A stretch of 64,000 bases of DNA from Callorhinchus milii (taxonomy: Eukaryota). Position numbers and translations under genes: made by a program. Below the pieces are notes generated by a model. It made no database searches, had not been told where the DNA came from, and saw only the letters and a list, made by a program, of their open reading frames with translations. The stretch spans positions 33,544,001 through 33,608,000 of the forward strand of contig NW_024704743.1 in assembly GCF_018977255.1 (NCBI RefSeq). The letters run 5' to 3'. Every line of letters begins with the position of its first letter. The first letter of the stretch is position 1. Shown in pieces: positions 36,709-51,296 of the stretch.

Positions 36709-38029
36709 AACGTTGCAGAAAACATTGAGGTGAATTGCTACTCAAAAAGGGCCCTCACCAGTGCCCTGTGGTATTTTTTAAAAGAAAGCCGCTGACTGTT
36801 ATGCAGAGTGCAGTGTCTATCTGTCTTCAAAGGGTATATCTGGGGGAGAGAGGTCTGAAAGGGGCCCACCACCCCCACCCCTACCACCACCGCTGACAAA
36901 CAGTTTATTTTAATCTGTTTTTCATCAAGTTTAAAGATCAATGGAAGTGCAGAAATAAAATCCCAATTTATTTAAGCGGTGTCTGTATCCCCGATGCCAG
37001 CATCACTACAGACAACGACAAATTCAACGAATAAATCTTTTTAAGAATTTGCCTTTCTTTATCATCAGAGCCTCTTGTCTGCCAGACAGTCATAGGGACA
37101 AACACAGGCTCTGTCTGCTCTGTTGGATACAGAGAGGTAAGGAGGTTTTTTTTCAACGGTTTATAAATAAATAAACTAATAAACCTAGGCTATTTTCCTC
37201 CTCATTGTGAATCTGTCTGCAGTCAGTATGCTCAGTGAATACTGTGGTTGTGTGGGTGGGTGTGTGTACTTTTTAACGTTTTTTTAAATAGTTATTTTAA
37301 CATTGTGCTCTTGTTTTTTAACAATTTTAACACCTAACATTTGTTATCGCTTTTACCATTGGCTTTTGTAATAAACGGTGCAGGTCAATCCCCCCCACGG
37401 TGAAATCCTGGATCCGCCCCTGATCCTGTTGTGAGTGTAATGTTGAACGGAGCAGCTTTGATCTCCATGGCTCTCAGTATCCAGAGGGAGCTCTATGGAA
37501 ACCTTGGTTTAGAGTTTCCCAGTTAAGGTTAGGCTGACATTGTGAGGAGAGCACACAATGCATTTAAAATGGTGTTTATAAAGTTCAACTTTGAACTATC
37601 GACGCATGTATCAGTTGCAATAAAACGGTGTGCTTAACGAACCAGGTTGTAAACTCATTTTCACTGGCTTCATTAAATGTTCTCGCTGTTTTTTAAAATT
37701 GCTTGCCAACTGGGGTCGGGGTGAACTCCAGTTAATGACTGACTGTTGCATTGCTCAGGACTTCAAGGTAATGGGGATTGGATTTTTTTTNGCAACTCTG
37801 CTTGCAGCTGTTGCATTGGGTTAACAGATACTATGATGTACTTGAGGATCCCTTCTGATTATTGCTTAGTAAACTGAGCAGTGGGTTTTGCACTGGGCTA
37901 GTAGGAGAATATGGCCATTGCTATCTGGTCTGATAACTAAGAAAAGTTGCAGGGCCTGCCCTTGTTTGTCGCACTGGTTAATGTCAGTGACGATAAAAAC
38001 TTAGGTTTGTCAGCACCCCTGCAAATCTG

Positions 38030-38250
38030 CAAATCATTTATGTACATGGTGAACATTAGCGGTCCTCACACTGAACCCTGGGAACACAACTTGCTACCTC
38101 TGTGTCTGTGAGGCTGCCCTTTACTCTTTAACTTTGTTCTATTTTCCACCCATCTCAATGCATTCTGCTACCTCTCCTGTTATTTTAGCATGAATCTCTT
38201 AGGTGGCACCCTATGAAAGGCCTTAACGCATATATAATACATCCACTGGA
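38030..38250 (-). mobile_element. CR1 RT fragment (decayed)
   Basis: On -: KAFHRVPPKRF and ...QGSV*GPLMFTMYINDL, matching the CR1 KAFDKVPH and GVPQGSVLGP motifs. Confidence 0.75.
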
Positions 38251-41200
38251 TTTCTCTTAGTCTATTTTCTCTGTCATTGCCTGAGCATTTGGAATTATTG
38301 TCATAAATTGTGAAGCCTTGCCACAGAGTATTGCCATCCTGTGCGTATTGTGCTTTACTGTAGTGCTGACACCTCAGGTAAAGTCCACCTCCCACTCCCA
38401 ATTTGGAGATCCTTAATAGTGCAGGGTGTCTCTCCTCCCCCCCCCCCCCCACCACCAACTTCTGTTATTATGATGGTTATCAATAATAATTATACTACTA
38501 ATAATACTTGCATTTGATAAGCCAAAGATACAATAGTTATTATGTACAGATGGTGTAATGAGTATATTGCTCTGGGAATATGCTGAGTTGGCAGATCTTG
38601 ATTGCAGCTTTTCTTTTGCACAATACCTCGCCTGCCAATTGGTCACATCTGCTGAGCTGCTTCTAACATCCTGTCCTGAACAAGGAAAACGCACGTCACC
38701 AGAGTACATGCACTTCTGGGGGATGTGGGCATAGACGATTCCAATTGTAATAATCCGAGGTATAAATTTGAACGTACAGGACTAATGTAGAAGAAACCTT
38801 ATCAATCAGCAAGTTACATGATTTGTTAAGTGTCCTTAAAATAAGGTTTGTTAATTTGTTTCACGACTGCTGTTCGGTTTGCACTTTCAAACCATTTTTA
38901 ACACTTATGGTTATTTTAGACCGTGTAGGCTGTCTACACTCCTCCAGTGGAGTAAACTTAGGTGTCCCCACACAGCTTTTTTTAATACATGTATAATTGT
39001 GTGAAGTTCCAAGGGGCTATTAAAAGAGATGCAAAATCTTTAAATCTCCCCCCTCCCCCTCTAGTCTTTGGAGATTTAACACTTTGCTCTTCCTTCATCC
39101 TGCCTTTGGGATGTTTCGTGTTTTGCGTTCTTGTCTCCTCGCCGTCAAAAAGAAATTGCATAAACCAGATGGAATTGGAGAAGATGATAAAAGAATGGTT
39201 TTAAGTTCTTGAAGAGGTTCTTAGAACATTTTAATTTTCACTCAAAAGTGTAGCGTTTTTTTTTGAAAGGTGGAAAGTTAAAGAATTTTGAGTATTTTTT
39301 TTGTCTTGCTTGCTCCCCCTTCCCCCATCTCATTGACAAGCCGAGGAAGATGTTCTAGTAATAATGAGAAATGTGTGAGTGTAATTTGGGTTTGGGGGCT
39401 TGCTGGCAAATTCCTGCTCAGATGAGAGCAGTACTAGTGCTCTTCCTGTTCTGTCATATCAGCGGGGAAACCATGTTTTTTTTAAAAAAAACATGCTGTG
39501 GAAATTGAACGTTCAACATTTTGAGGTTACCATTGAGCAGGTTTGCTCTACTTTCATGACTTCTAAAACTTTGTGCACAACAGGGGCTTAGATGAATTAT
39601 TTTGAACTTCTAACCTAGATGTGAGCAGCCGGGGCTGTTCAACTCAGAAGGCGGTGTAAGGAGGAGGTTTTGCAATGCCTCCTTATCGCTTGCCTTATGC
39701 TGGCATTTGCAGGATTTGTGTTTTTGGTTCTAAATGCTAAACTTCCCTTTTCTTTCATAAAAAGAAACGTTCAGTAGCTGAGCTAAATGTTTTCACTAGT
39801 TTTTGTGGAAATTGGGGTATTTGGGGAAACCGTATTATTGAACAAAGTAGTTTTCTTCCCACGCAAGCTTGAAAGCTGAAGTTCAATTCCAACATGTTGC
39901 TGAAATTGGCCGATGCACACATTCTAGTACTGCAAAATGAATTCTTGTAATTTTAAGGAGCCTTTAATGTCTAATGAAGACATCTCCTGTGTGTTGGTAC
40001 AAAACTACTCGTCAGTTAATCTTACTAGACTAGCATTACATTTTGCCCGTTATAAAATCTTTATAAAGCTTTCTCTCAGCGTGATGAAATATTAAAGATT
40101 GATTGCAAAGGATCCTCATAAGCTCCTGTATTTTCTGTGTGCTCTGTAACTTTATTAGTTTCATTATAGTGGGTAATGTTGTAGTTTGCGATGATTATAC
40201 TCCAAGGTGCAGGAAGTGAAAATAGATTGGAGCTGCTTGAATTTTCACAAGCAAATCGTTTATTTTATTGTCCCCGTATGCATGTTCCACGCAAATTTTT
40301 TTATACACTTTTTAATATTTTCAAAGTGTGCTTATTGTTGGACTACTTTCTCTTCTTTCCCCCTGCCCCCCCCTCAGTGTATGTGCGTATACAAGCGCTC
40401 CAAGATGCCGTCCGGCATGAAGGGGGCTATATAAACTTGCGTTGTTATGTATTGCAAAAAGGAAATTGGTTATCAATAAGTTCATCAGAAACCCTGCGGT
40501 ATTCTGCGGCTGCAGCTTTAGTTAGACTTTAACCTGGATCGTTTTATTGCCTACACTGGCTCCAAATTGTGTATGGTATCTGATTCCAAATCTTAACAGC
40601 ACCTAAATATTTGGTGGTGTTCACGCTTGATTTACCCTGCTGCTGTAGTCAGGACACTATTCCTTGTGTGCACAGTTTGGCTAGATTCGCACGGTCCACT
40701 TTCACTATCTTTCTCCCACTCCCCCACTGTCTATCTAATTTTCTGCTTGCCCTTTCTCCTGAAGTTAGACTTGTGCTGGCTGCTATCCAGCACCTTGTCC
40801 AACTGGCCGGTGTTTGTGTGTGAGTCTGGAACAGTTAGTAAGTTATTTGACAGTAGAACGCGGAGGAGAGTAGGTGGATTGTGTCTGCGGTCGATCATGT
40901 CCTCCCTTAAATGTTCACACAGGTATGTTTCCAGTGAGATTTACTGGTTCGTGAAGCCAGTGTGGGAAGCTTGGCCACTTTTGTTATTCCCTCCCTAGCC
41001 TGGGGTTGCTGAGACCAGTTCCAACATTCCTCTTGCTTTCCCAGTGAAGGATCAAACAGGCTTACGCTATGTGGCGCAGTGCTACCCTGCAATTTCTCCA
41101 AAGACATTGATAGAAGTACTGGGCAACAGTGTCTCCATTTTTCTCTTGTACTTTGCTCAAGCCCTTATACTTCATGTGTGAATCTAGATTGTGCGTGTTG

Positions 41201-42629
41201 TCAGAGTGCTCGATTCCTCCTCCCTCCCCTGTGTTTTTTAAAAAATACCTGGGACACTGAAGCCACCTATGCAGCCTAATCTAAGGAAGATTGGCTAATT
41301 CGACACCATTCAGCAATTGGATTGTGGCCTTTGGTATGTTTGACACAGCATGTTTGACACATGCAGAAACCCAACAAGCATTGAAACCAGACTGAGTTCC
41401 ACATACGTATGTCACCTAGACATAGAAATTCTCCTGTGTCTGGAATGGAATGTGCACTCTCTCTCTCTCCCCCTGTTTTTCTATTTGGAAAGTATTAGGT
41501 GCAGGTTTGCAAGAACCAAGGCTTACTGAGTGTGTGTTGGGGAACTGCTGGAGTTCAACCAGCTAAAACCGCGTCTGACGCACTTCCCTGATGCTTGTTT
41601 AGCTTGGACTACCCTGCCTATTAGGGCTTTGTTTTATTAGCTGCTGCATTATTCTTTGAACCGGCAGTTTGGCGAGGCTGAATCATGTTCAATGTAACTT
41701 TATATTCTAGATCAGCATCATAGGTTTTAATACTGTTCTAAACATAAATCGAAAGGACTAGTGTGTAAAATCACCATTTCATGTAATATTGGGCCATACA
41801 GAACACCAGGGCTCTGATTCCCGGTTTGTGTTTGGTTAGGTTGTAACCACTGAAATCTTACTTCTTGTTGTGCAGGTCACCCTCTTTATTCTATCGATCC
41901 TTTCCAGCTCTGTGTCTTTCTCTGGTGCATGGTGTCCTTTGGTACCTCAGCCAAGTGACCATTATTCTTGTAGAGCTATAGCTATGATTGTCCGAAAATA
42001 ATTACCGTGAACAGGGTGGGACCTGCTTTGCGGAGTGGGGAGACTTGCGATGCTGGTGTCCACCTACCTACAGCAGGCATTGCTGGCTGGTATTTTATTT
42101 TGAGAAGGAGAAGATAGATTAATTATATTGCCTCTTTGGTTGAGGTGAACTTTTTGAGCACAGATCGGCCAGTAGACCTAAAACCTGTGGGACTCGGTTG
42201 CTCCCTGGATAGACTCGCTGTGAGCCCTCAGTGAACCCTTTTATACATTTCCACATTGAGATGCATTTGTTCATGTCTTATTGATGCTTTAGTAAAAGTC
42301 CTGTAATCCGCTCCAGTTGCCAGAGTACTGCATTCAGAGCAGTGCTAAAGGTTATATGGTTGAGGTTGTAAAACTGATGTATGTTTGCACATAGTAATAT
42401 GTAATGCATATATGTATTGCAAAATGTTTGATGCAGTTGACCCATGAGGTCCAATTGTTTACACATGATAATTTTCTAAATTTAAATGTTTTGTGCTATT
42501 CAGTTTCCAGTGAGTTCTAGTTCAAGGGGATTTGTTTCAGAGTATTGAGCCCAGTGCTGTGACCTAATGTGAATTAAAATAGTATGACAAGGTGATTAAA
42601 ATGTGTACTGCCTTCACCTGCAACCCGGT

Positions 42630-42892
42630 GGATGAATCTCTGGCTCGTTTGAGGTCTGCTGAGTATTCAAGTTAATCGATTGGCAGATCGCTTTTCTGGG
42701 AATAATAATCCCTTCCCAAAATAAATAAATATTTTGATCACTCAATCCAAGACTGTTTGTGGACATTGCTATGCGCAATTGGCTGCCGCATTTCACCCAT
42801 AAAACATAGTCAATTCACTTTACAGTATTCTGTTATGAGCTTTGAGACGTCTGGAAGTTGTGATAAGGCGCTATATCAAATGCAAGCATTAT
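42630..42892 (+). mobile_element. tRNA-derived SINE body and tail
   Basis: tcgattggcagatcgcttttctgggaataataatccc...gataaggcgctatatcaaatgcaag. Confidence 0.8.
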
Positions 42893-44556
42893 TTGGATTA
42901 TTCTATATTATTCACCTTTGGGCCTTGGTGGTCTTTGCTGTTCTCTACACATCTGATTTTAGTTCAAGGTTTCTTCAGGTTTGCAGTACTGACCGAGCTA
43001 GGATTCAGTGTTTTTCTGTGTATTATTGGACTCCAGTGAGGGAAAGGTATTTGGAAATGTGGCTATTCCATGATCGATTAAAGCAAGGGAAAGGAAGTAA
43101 AATAATTCCCCCCCCCCCCCCCCCCCCGTTTCTTTGCGGAAGTCCTGAACTTGGACTGATGCCTGTGGTGGAATAATTGAAATGAAATGTGTGGGGAATC
43201 GCAGGTGCAGATTTGTTCCCTGTTGCTGTGTGGATCAGCGTGTTTCAACATTACTGAAAGAATCCCTTGAACAAGATGTTGGTTTAAAATTCTGGCCCTT
43301 GATTTTTATATAACTAAAAGATTGAGTAACTCTCTATGAGTAAAAGGGTGCCTAATGACAGCTAGATTTATGTGAAGGGTTTGAAAGACATCGCAACATA
43401 AGCCCTTAATTCCTGTATACAAATCCAACCAAATTTCTCACAACCGTCACCCAGCTAAGTTTATCCTGCACCTTGTACAAATGTTTGATTAAATATGATG
43501 AATAAAAATGCAATCATTCCTGAAACAGCTCGGAAACCAAATGGAATATTATTTTATGCCCATTGTTATTGGCCACTGACTCAAGTGTTGTGAAGTGTCA
43601 GTCTAGACTGTGAGCTCAAGTCCTCATGTGAGACCTGAAGCCACAATCTTCTGACTCAGAGGCTAGAGAAGCTACCAACTAGGTCAGGCTGACACTGTTT
43701 TGTGGAGTGCAGTTAGCTGGTCTCTTATTACTTTATACCAAAGTGTATCGTAATAATAATGCGAGGATTTCAGGGATCATTCAGATGGCATTAAAGCTGA
43801 TTTGCAGACATTGTAGTAAAGGATGCCTCTTTCTTAGGTGGTATAATGGCCTGGAGGTAAATGTAAAGTAGGTGTTTCTATATCCAAAATGAACATGAGG
43901 CTGTCTATTTGTAGCAGCTTGTGTCCTGATGTAGTTTAATTTCTCCTTGCGCACAAATGTCTCTCAGTGGAGAGAGCAGCCAGCTGGAAGTGTAATGTAA
44001 ATGGAAGTGTAATGTAAATGAGCAGCGCTGTCAATGGTGGGCGGGTGAAGGTTTTGTACCATCTCCACTTGAAATGTGAACAGTGCGATTTTTGTTTCAT
44101 CCAAACTGAGGGATGTCTGAAGAGAGCATTTTGTACAATATAATACAGCTGTTTGCGCTGAGCAGTATAATTTTAACATGGATCAGGGTTGAGTCAGCAC
44201 GAATCAGTAACGTACACTGCTACAACACAGAAGATGGACCATTCAGCTCAACTAATCTGTGCCGGTGTTTACACTCCACACGAATCTCCACCCCTCCTAT
44301 TCCTTTCTATTCAACTTATGCTCCCGAGGCTACTCGTGAGGGGTGGTGGGGTGGGGGGAGAGAGAAGATGCTTTCTGGAGCAGTTTTATTCACCTTGCTG
44401 TAGGGAACGTGAGTTTGTAATATTGATTTACGATACAAAACTGAAGGGTTAGGGTGAGAGGAAAAGGGAAGTGTAGGTGGAAGAGCTGGGCAGCTGCCTC
44501 GGGATGTTCCCGATACCATGTCAGACTTTGCGCTGACTGAAAGGTGATCGATGGTG

Positions 44557-44944
44557 ATAATAATAATTTTTGCATCTGATACAGTGTCTTATCACGTCTT
44601 CGAGACATCGCGAGGCACTTCACAGGACATATAGTAAAGTGGATTAACTATATATTGCGGTGAAATGTGACAGCGATGCCAGGGAATGAGTGACCCATTT
44701 TATTCGGTGGGATTTGTTGTCCGGGGAGAAACTCTTTTCGCAAAGTGCCGTAGTATTTTTAACATCCACCGGAGAAGGCAGACAGGACCTCAGTTTAATG
44801 TCTCGTCCAAAGGACGACACCTTCAGTAGTGCAGTACCCCTCCAGCTCTGCATTGGAATGTGATTCCAAATCCTGACGTGGGGCTTGAGCCATCAACCTC
44901 CTGTCTCTGAGGCGAGAGTGCTACCAACTGAGCCAGGCTGACAC
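44557..44944 (-). mobile_element. DeuSINE, full length and relatively well preserved
   Basis: On -: gtgtcagcctggctcagttggtagcactctcgcctcagag..., Deu core ggtgtcgtcctttggacgagacattaaactgaggtcctgtctgcc, and a (TTA)n tail. Confidence 0.85.
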
Positions 44945-46278
44945 GTGTGGTAAGGGGTGACATGGTGCGATCTTGCGCTTTTTTTTTTAACCCATCGTCT
45001 TTAAGTGAGGGACAACTGATTTTAAAATGGACGTAAGAAACGGCTCATATTTATTCATCATTTGAAGCATTCTAAAAACTGGGTGAGATTTTCTTCAGAT
45101 AATGAGGTGACTGATTGTTTTAAAGTGTGACAGAAGGTCCTAAGGGAATTCCTTTCATACAAAAGGTGGGAGGGGTGGCATTATATGCCATCTCATTCGT
45201 GATGTGTTGGATATTAGCATCATTGTTTTTTGACACATTTTGCAGCATTGAATTCTATTGCTGTGAAACATTAATGCATCTTTTTTTTAAATTAAAAAAA
45301 ACAGCTCTGGTGGCTGGTTGTGGAACTCATAAGCAGACTAAACCACTAGTTTAGAAGGTGCAGTTATTGCAATTCAATATGTTTGCATAAAAAGATATTA
45401 AATGTTTTTTGTTCCATTTATAGTATTTTATCTCCTTTTTGCGCTTCCTTCAGTCAGGTGAGAAATAATTTGCTAATGAAGGGAATATTAATTTTGTTAA
45501 TAATGACGACAATAATAAATAATTAAGAGAGCTCCTTCGCTTTATTTGAAATGGCAGAATGATGCGTTTTGGTTCAGTTGATGGAGCCTCCAACACTGCT
45601 GGGTTTATGAACGTCAATACTACATCATCAGCAGGATTTAGGTGTTCTGCTTGAAGCATGGGGTACATCTATATTGTTCGATCAGTTTGCTTTATTCTCC
45701 TGAATATGATTAGCAGCATTGCTCAAAAAAAAATTGAGGTTGTACTGCCACATCCAACATCAGCCATGCAATCCTGCCTCAAGGTCTCCACCACCTTTTA
45801 TTTTGAGAAGTAAAACAAAATTGCGGGCTTTTGTGTTTGGTGGTGGGGCTGGGGGTAGGGAAGAAAGAGCATGTTGTACAAATGCAGTGCGTAATGGAGG
45901 CCTAATTACATTGCAGACTCCAATCTCTGCTAATCTGTGAATTAAAGTTCACTGCCTTCAGATGTCTGTTTCATGCTGTATGACACCTGTATCAAGGTAG
46001 AATAACAAGAGATCTGCTGGAAATGGCTGTGACTTTTTGTCCTACTTGTCTATCTGTGCGTGGTTTAATGGTATTCAGTCACCGTGTGCAACAACAGCAA
46101 GATTAAATTTGTATAGGGCCTTTCACGTCGGGAGGACGTCCCAAGGCACTGGAAATCGTATCTCCAAAATAATGAAATGAACTCTGCTCTATAAAAGTGG
46201 ATTAAATGTATGAAAAGTTGTTTTTAGCTAAGGAAAAAAGTGAAGTGACCTAATGTAATCTATTTGGTGCTTCTTGAC

Positions 46279-46314
<36 letters not shown>

Positions 46315-46687
46315 TGTGTAGTAAAAAAACTTTCAAAATTTTGGAGACAGTCAGGACGTTCACACAAAAGCCTAACTATATAAAATGAGCCACTGAAATA
46401 CCTTGAGGCTAGAAATGTGATCTGAAACATGGTAATTACTACAAGGATTCAGGTTTCTTCCTGATTTTGGAGAGTTGGGGGTTTTGTGTTTCTTTTCCAG
46501 ATAGTGGCTTAGAAATCGCTTTTCTTGAGTCAGATGTCAAATGCTGCTCTAGTCAGACCAACAGGGCACTTGTTGCCTGTATATTTCTTGGTTGTCAAAA
46601 ATTTGTGGTGTGCTATTTTTGTCAGTGCGAATGCACTACAGTGCAATGAAGGATGCTGTTGATACTGCGTTCAAGTAGCTAAGCAGA

Positions 46688-46950
46688 AATAATAATAATA
46701 ATCCTTGCATTTGATGTAGCGCCTTATCACGTCTTTGAGCGGTCACAAGCGCTTCACAAAATATACTGTAAAGTGCAGTGACTGTTTTGTGGGCGAAACG
46801 TGGCAGTGCCCCACAAACAGTCTTGGAATTAGTGTACAAATTATTATTATTTTTTTCGAGGGATTATTACCCCCGGAAAGTGATCGGCCAATCGACTTAA
46901 CAAACGGGTTCCTACTTACTGCTCGGTAAACAAGAGGCGTGTGGAGGAAG
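46688..46950 (-). mobile_element. tRNA-derived SINE, 5' truncated
   Basis: Reverse complement of the body and tail of the 2204-2556 family. Confidence 0.85.
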
Positions 46951-49900
46951 AGCAGGATCAGCTGTGTGGTGATCAAGAATCTGCTAGCACTCGCTCACTC
47001 ACTGTGTCACTGGGGTGAGGAGTCAGAGGGCTGTGGTGTAAGACAAGTCACTGCTGATGTGTTGGGTGGGTGGGGGGGCAGAAACTTGGTTCAAACAAAA
47101 CTAAGCAAATTCCACGTCCAACGAGGAGTGTGTTACAAACTAGATGGGTTATCACAAAAATTGTTGCAAACTGGGTCGTTTACCCCAAAAAGTGTTATTT
47201 AATTTCCCTCTTATAATAATATTTTAAGATGGAAACCCCAGTTGCGCATTTTCTTAAAACTCTTAAATGTGCCGCATTCTTTCGTTGCTCTGCTAAATGC
47301 GTTCAGTGTGTGTGTATGTGTGTGTGTAGGGGGGTGGGGAAGAGACCATCGGTGATTGTCAAGTGATTCAGCCACAAGTGTCCAGGTGATTGGCCTCCTG
47401 ACCGAGTTACTTTACTGTTTAGGTTGAATCTTATATCTTTCATCTTTTGTTTAAATTAGGCTTCTTCAACCTGCGCAGTTTTATCGAGCTGTGTAAAGGT
47501 AGTGCCTGGAATGTGTGGATTTACACATCTTGATAAAGCCGACTCTTATTGCAGTGCTGGGGGAATGCAGCAATGTCTGAGGTGTTGCGTTTTAGGTTAA
47601 GCGAAGACTGTGTGTGTCTGTTCAGGTGATCGTTACAGATTCTCAATCCTGGCAAAAAATAAGGTCATTCACTCCCATCGTTTTTTGTGGGACCAGTCAC
47701 GGGCAGGGAGTCTTCCCATTCAGCTCACATTAATCCTGCAAGCCAAACCCCCAAATGGGTCGAGTGGTCTTGGCTGAACAGGCAGTGAGAAAGTTTGCCG
47801 TGCATTGGCTTTCAATAGTAAGCTGTGCATTTTTAGTTGGTTAAATTTCCGTAGTACCCCAACACACCCTCTGTCTTGTCACTTGCCAAACTGCATCTAA
47901 TACTTTACGGAATTAGGTAAGCAGGTTGCGTCACTCCAGGGAGAGTGTGTGCATTCCGTTCCAATAAAATATCTCTGCAATTTTGTAGGTGGGATGCCTG
48001 GAATGTTTGGTTTGGATGCTTTAAATCAAGGTGATAGGTTCTGCATGTGTTAGATACCCGACTGACCAGAAAAATGTGTGGAACATTACTGTGCGTAAAT
48101 TGGTTGCCATTTGCCTACAAATACAGTCTCTGCACTTTACGGAAAAGTCTGTGAAGAGCTTTTGATACATTTCACATGATAAGACCACACATCAAATTCA
48201 AGGATTATTATTTTATAGCCTAGATATTTGCAGGGCTGATCCTTTTAAATGCATGCAAGCATCTTTAATGCTTAGAAATGGCTAAATGTACATTCAATGA
48301 CTTTGATGTGTACATAGCATTGCATTAGGTTGTAAAATATCATTTTAGCGGATGTACTACATTATAAATGTCATTTTGTTAAACCAGTTGTGACAATAAA
48401 CCCAAAACATGGATAATGTTGCTGTTTTGTTTAGCACAGGCTTCTATTTAGACTCAGCTGGGTTTTGGACTTAATTCATTGCTCTATGGTGGGATAACCA
48501 CAGCTGCTGTGGGGCCCTTACAAATGCTAAAAAGCTGTCAGTGGTTGTTTCATCAGACACACAACTGATGAGGCCAATCCGGGAATCCTGATTCAATGTG
48601 CAACTAGAATAGGCATTAGCTTTGTGACGATCAGATATTTTCAAAGGAGGAGGGGCTGGAGGTGCGAGAGAGGAAAGAAATAGTTTTTAGTTTCTGTATT
48701 TCTGTAGTGGGAATTATTTCTGTACTAACTTCTATCACTGGTACCCGGTGCTGCTGACTGGCTCCATTATCACTTATATTGACCTGATGGTGGGAGATGT
48801 TACTGAATGCCATACATATATCAATATTATTGGCTTTTGTTTAAGGGTACTGTCTGCTGGTAAATGTGAGCACACTCTTTTTGAGGAGGATAGGAGATGT
48901 ATAGAATAAACTGCCAAACTGCCTGACCTTTAACCACCATCCACAAATCTTTGGGGAAGATCAGTTTCTTCTTGTGAACTTGGATGATAGTGTTAGCAGC
49001 ATTCAAATCGATTTCTTTCCAGGTTATTGTGAAGAACTGATGGAACTTCCTGCTCAGACATGATTGTGGGGGTCACTGCTCAGGCACGTTCAAGAGGTTA
49101 TGGGCACTGACAAGGTTCAGTTTAAATAGGCGTGAAAAATGTGCAGCACGTTTGTTGTCCAGACTGTGTGTTGCCTGGACGAGCCAGAACCTTGGCTACA
49201 ACAAAAACTGTGAAGAAAAGAAGCAAGTAGTACACTAGTTATCATTAGTGTCTGCAGGGAACAGCGATAAAACAATTGGGCAAAATTTGTACAAAAAATG
49301 TCTGAACAATGAAAAAGCATTGTTTTTTCTTGTTTCTCAAATATCTGCGCTAGCATTGAATAAAGAGCCCCTTGGATTCTCTGCCACAATCTCCTGTTGC
49401 AATCTTGACTGGTTCCAGTATATTAAACCACGCTGTCTTGTGTCCTGGTATTACCACATGTCAGAAGTTGGGTTGGCTCTGAAGCCTGGCCTTGCAGGTA
49501 CTGAATAACCTTAAGCTGACTTGGTGCTTGGATACTCGCAACTACATTTCATGCCGAGTTCAATTTGCTTTTGATGCGGGTGTGGTTTGACAGTGGATTA
49601 CAGCTGTTAATTCTGACTGCCTCATCATTCCTCCTTGTCCCTTTTTTAAAAAAAATAGTGTGCACACAGAGGGGAAAATAGGAACAATAAAAACTTGTCG
49701 TGTAAACACAGCAAAAGGCTGAATACAACCGTCCTATTTTCAATTATTTGTCCTGCCTGGGTTTGGGAACAAAGGTGATTCCAGCACTGAGCGCTGGAGT
49801 TGTATAAGATGAAAATAAATTGTGGCTACATCTATTTACTTGAGGAGGGACAGATCCCACTTGTAGGTCAATTCCTTCAAATTGTTGTAAACCACAAGAG

Positions 49901-51217
49901 CAGGCAGCTAGTCTTTTTCTCTTCCTCCCTTCAAGTAACTCCAAAAATGCTATGTGTAGCTACAGTGTTTCTAGAGAGGGATCACTGCTCATGGCTGCAA
50001 CTCGTATGCGTGATTGTGAGGAGAGTGGAAATTAATAGACGTTCCTGAAATGTTTGAAAATGAGATGGCCATTTAACCAGATTATTTGGTTGGGTCATAT
50101 TTACTTCGTACAACAGAAACGAGTGTGCTAAGGTTTGACTTTACAAAGTTAGCCTAGATTGCTGGGGCATTATAATAATAATCTTTGAATTTGATATAAT
50201 GCCTTATCATGTCATCGAGACGTCTCAAAGTGCTTCACAGAATATACTGTAAAGGGAATTGACTATAATTTTTGGGCGAAACGCAGCAACCAATTGTATT
50301 ACAGATGTCCCTATTGCACATCCAAATTATTGTGTATATTCCTTTTCCTAGGCTGCTGTGTTCAACTACAAATAGTCAGTACATTTTATGTAAAGCAATT
50401 TCACATGCCTTGAGACATCTCAACGAGGTGATAAGGTCCTGAATCAAATGCAGGCTTTTTCTATTGTCTTCTGTATATACCTGGGGCCGTTATTTTTGAC
50501 GATCAAATCCAAATGGCATCTATACATATGAAACAACCTTTTAATGCCATTTTCAGCAGACGCATTATCAGCACACAGTGCCCAGTATCGAGGTTTTTGT
50601 GGTTTCAACTCGAATATCTGACACAAAGGTGATTAACATTCAAAATGCAGCTCCTATGCAAAGTAGTGGGCTTTTTTTAAAAAAACAGGAAAATGTGTGA
50701 CCAAAGTTCCAGAGCAGTGAGAGCTAAAAGTCCTTTGAGCCAAAAAAAACAGATAATGTTGTGTTCTCCTCGTCTACCAACATCATATGTTATTGAGTGG
50801 ATTGGTGATGGTAGTGTGTGGTGGTGGTGTGTGTGTGGGGTTTATTGTCTTCCTTGTAATCATCTCAGGGTTATAGGCAAAACATACCTTGAATTGCATT
50901 ACCTAATCAATGTAATAAAAATGTCTAGTAAAGGAATCTAATGTAGGATAAAGGTCATCATTGTATAAGTTGGTATTCTGGTACTTGCTCCTGCCTGGCT
51001 ACGTGCTTGGGGTTGAAATTTGAAACATAAATTGTGAGCTCCACTCTTGTAAGTCTATCCTTGAGAGCTGAGCGTTTTTGTAGGAGATACCATGTTGGAA
51101 AGTTTTACTAGACGATGGGTCACAGGACAGCAAGATTGTTATTAGAGATCCCACATACAGTAATAGCACATGCCACTTATGGGCAATGGTGCATGAAGTT
51201 GTGGAATGGATTTTGTT

Positions 51218-51296
51218 TAATTTCATTTGTAACAGTCACCCACAAATATACAGTCAAATTGACTATATTTGTGCGTGACTGTTACAAATGAAATTA
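51218..51296. repeat. ~80-bp near-perfect hairpin inside a SINE tail
   Basis: taatttcatttgtaacagtcacccacaaatata pairs with tatatttgtgcgtgactgttacaaatgaaatta. Confidence 0.95.

Noticed and set aside
37395..37425. aaatcctggatccgcccctg, resembling a Harbinger-type terminal repeat
   Set aside because: I could not find the partner terminus or a TSD, so the element cannot be delimited.
40560..41200. Overlapping ORFs of 66-123 aa in unique-looking sequence
   Set aside because: No recognisable protein motif, splice structure or repeat family on either strand.
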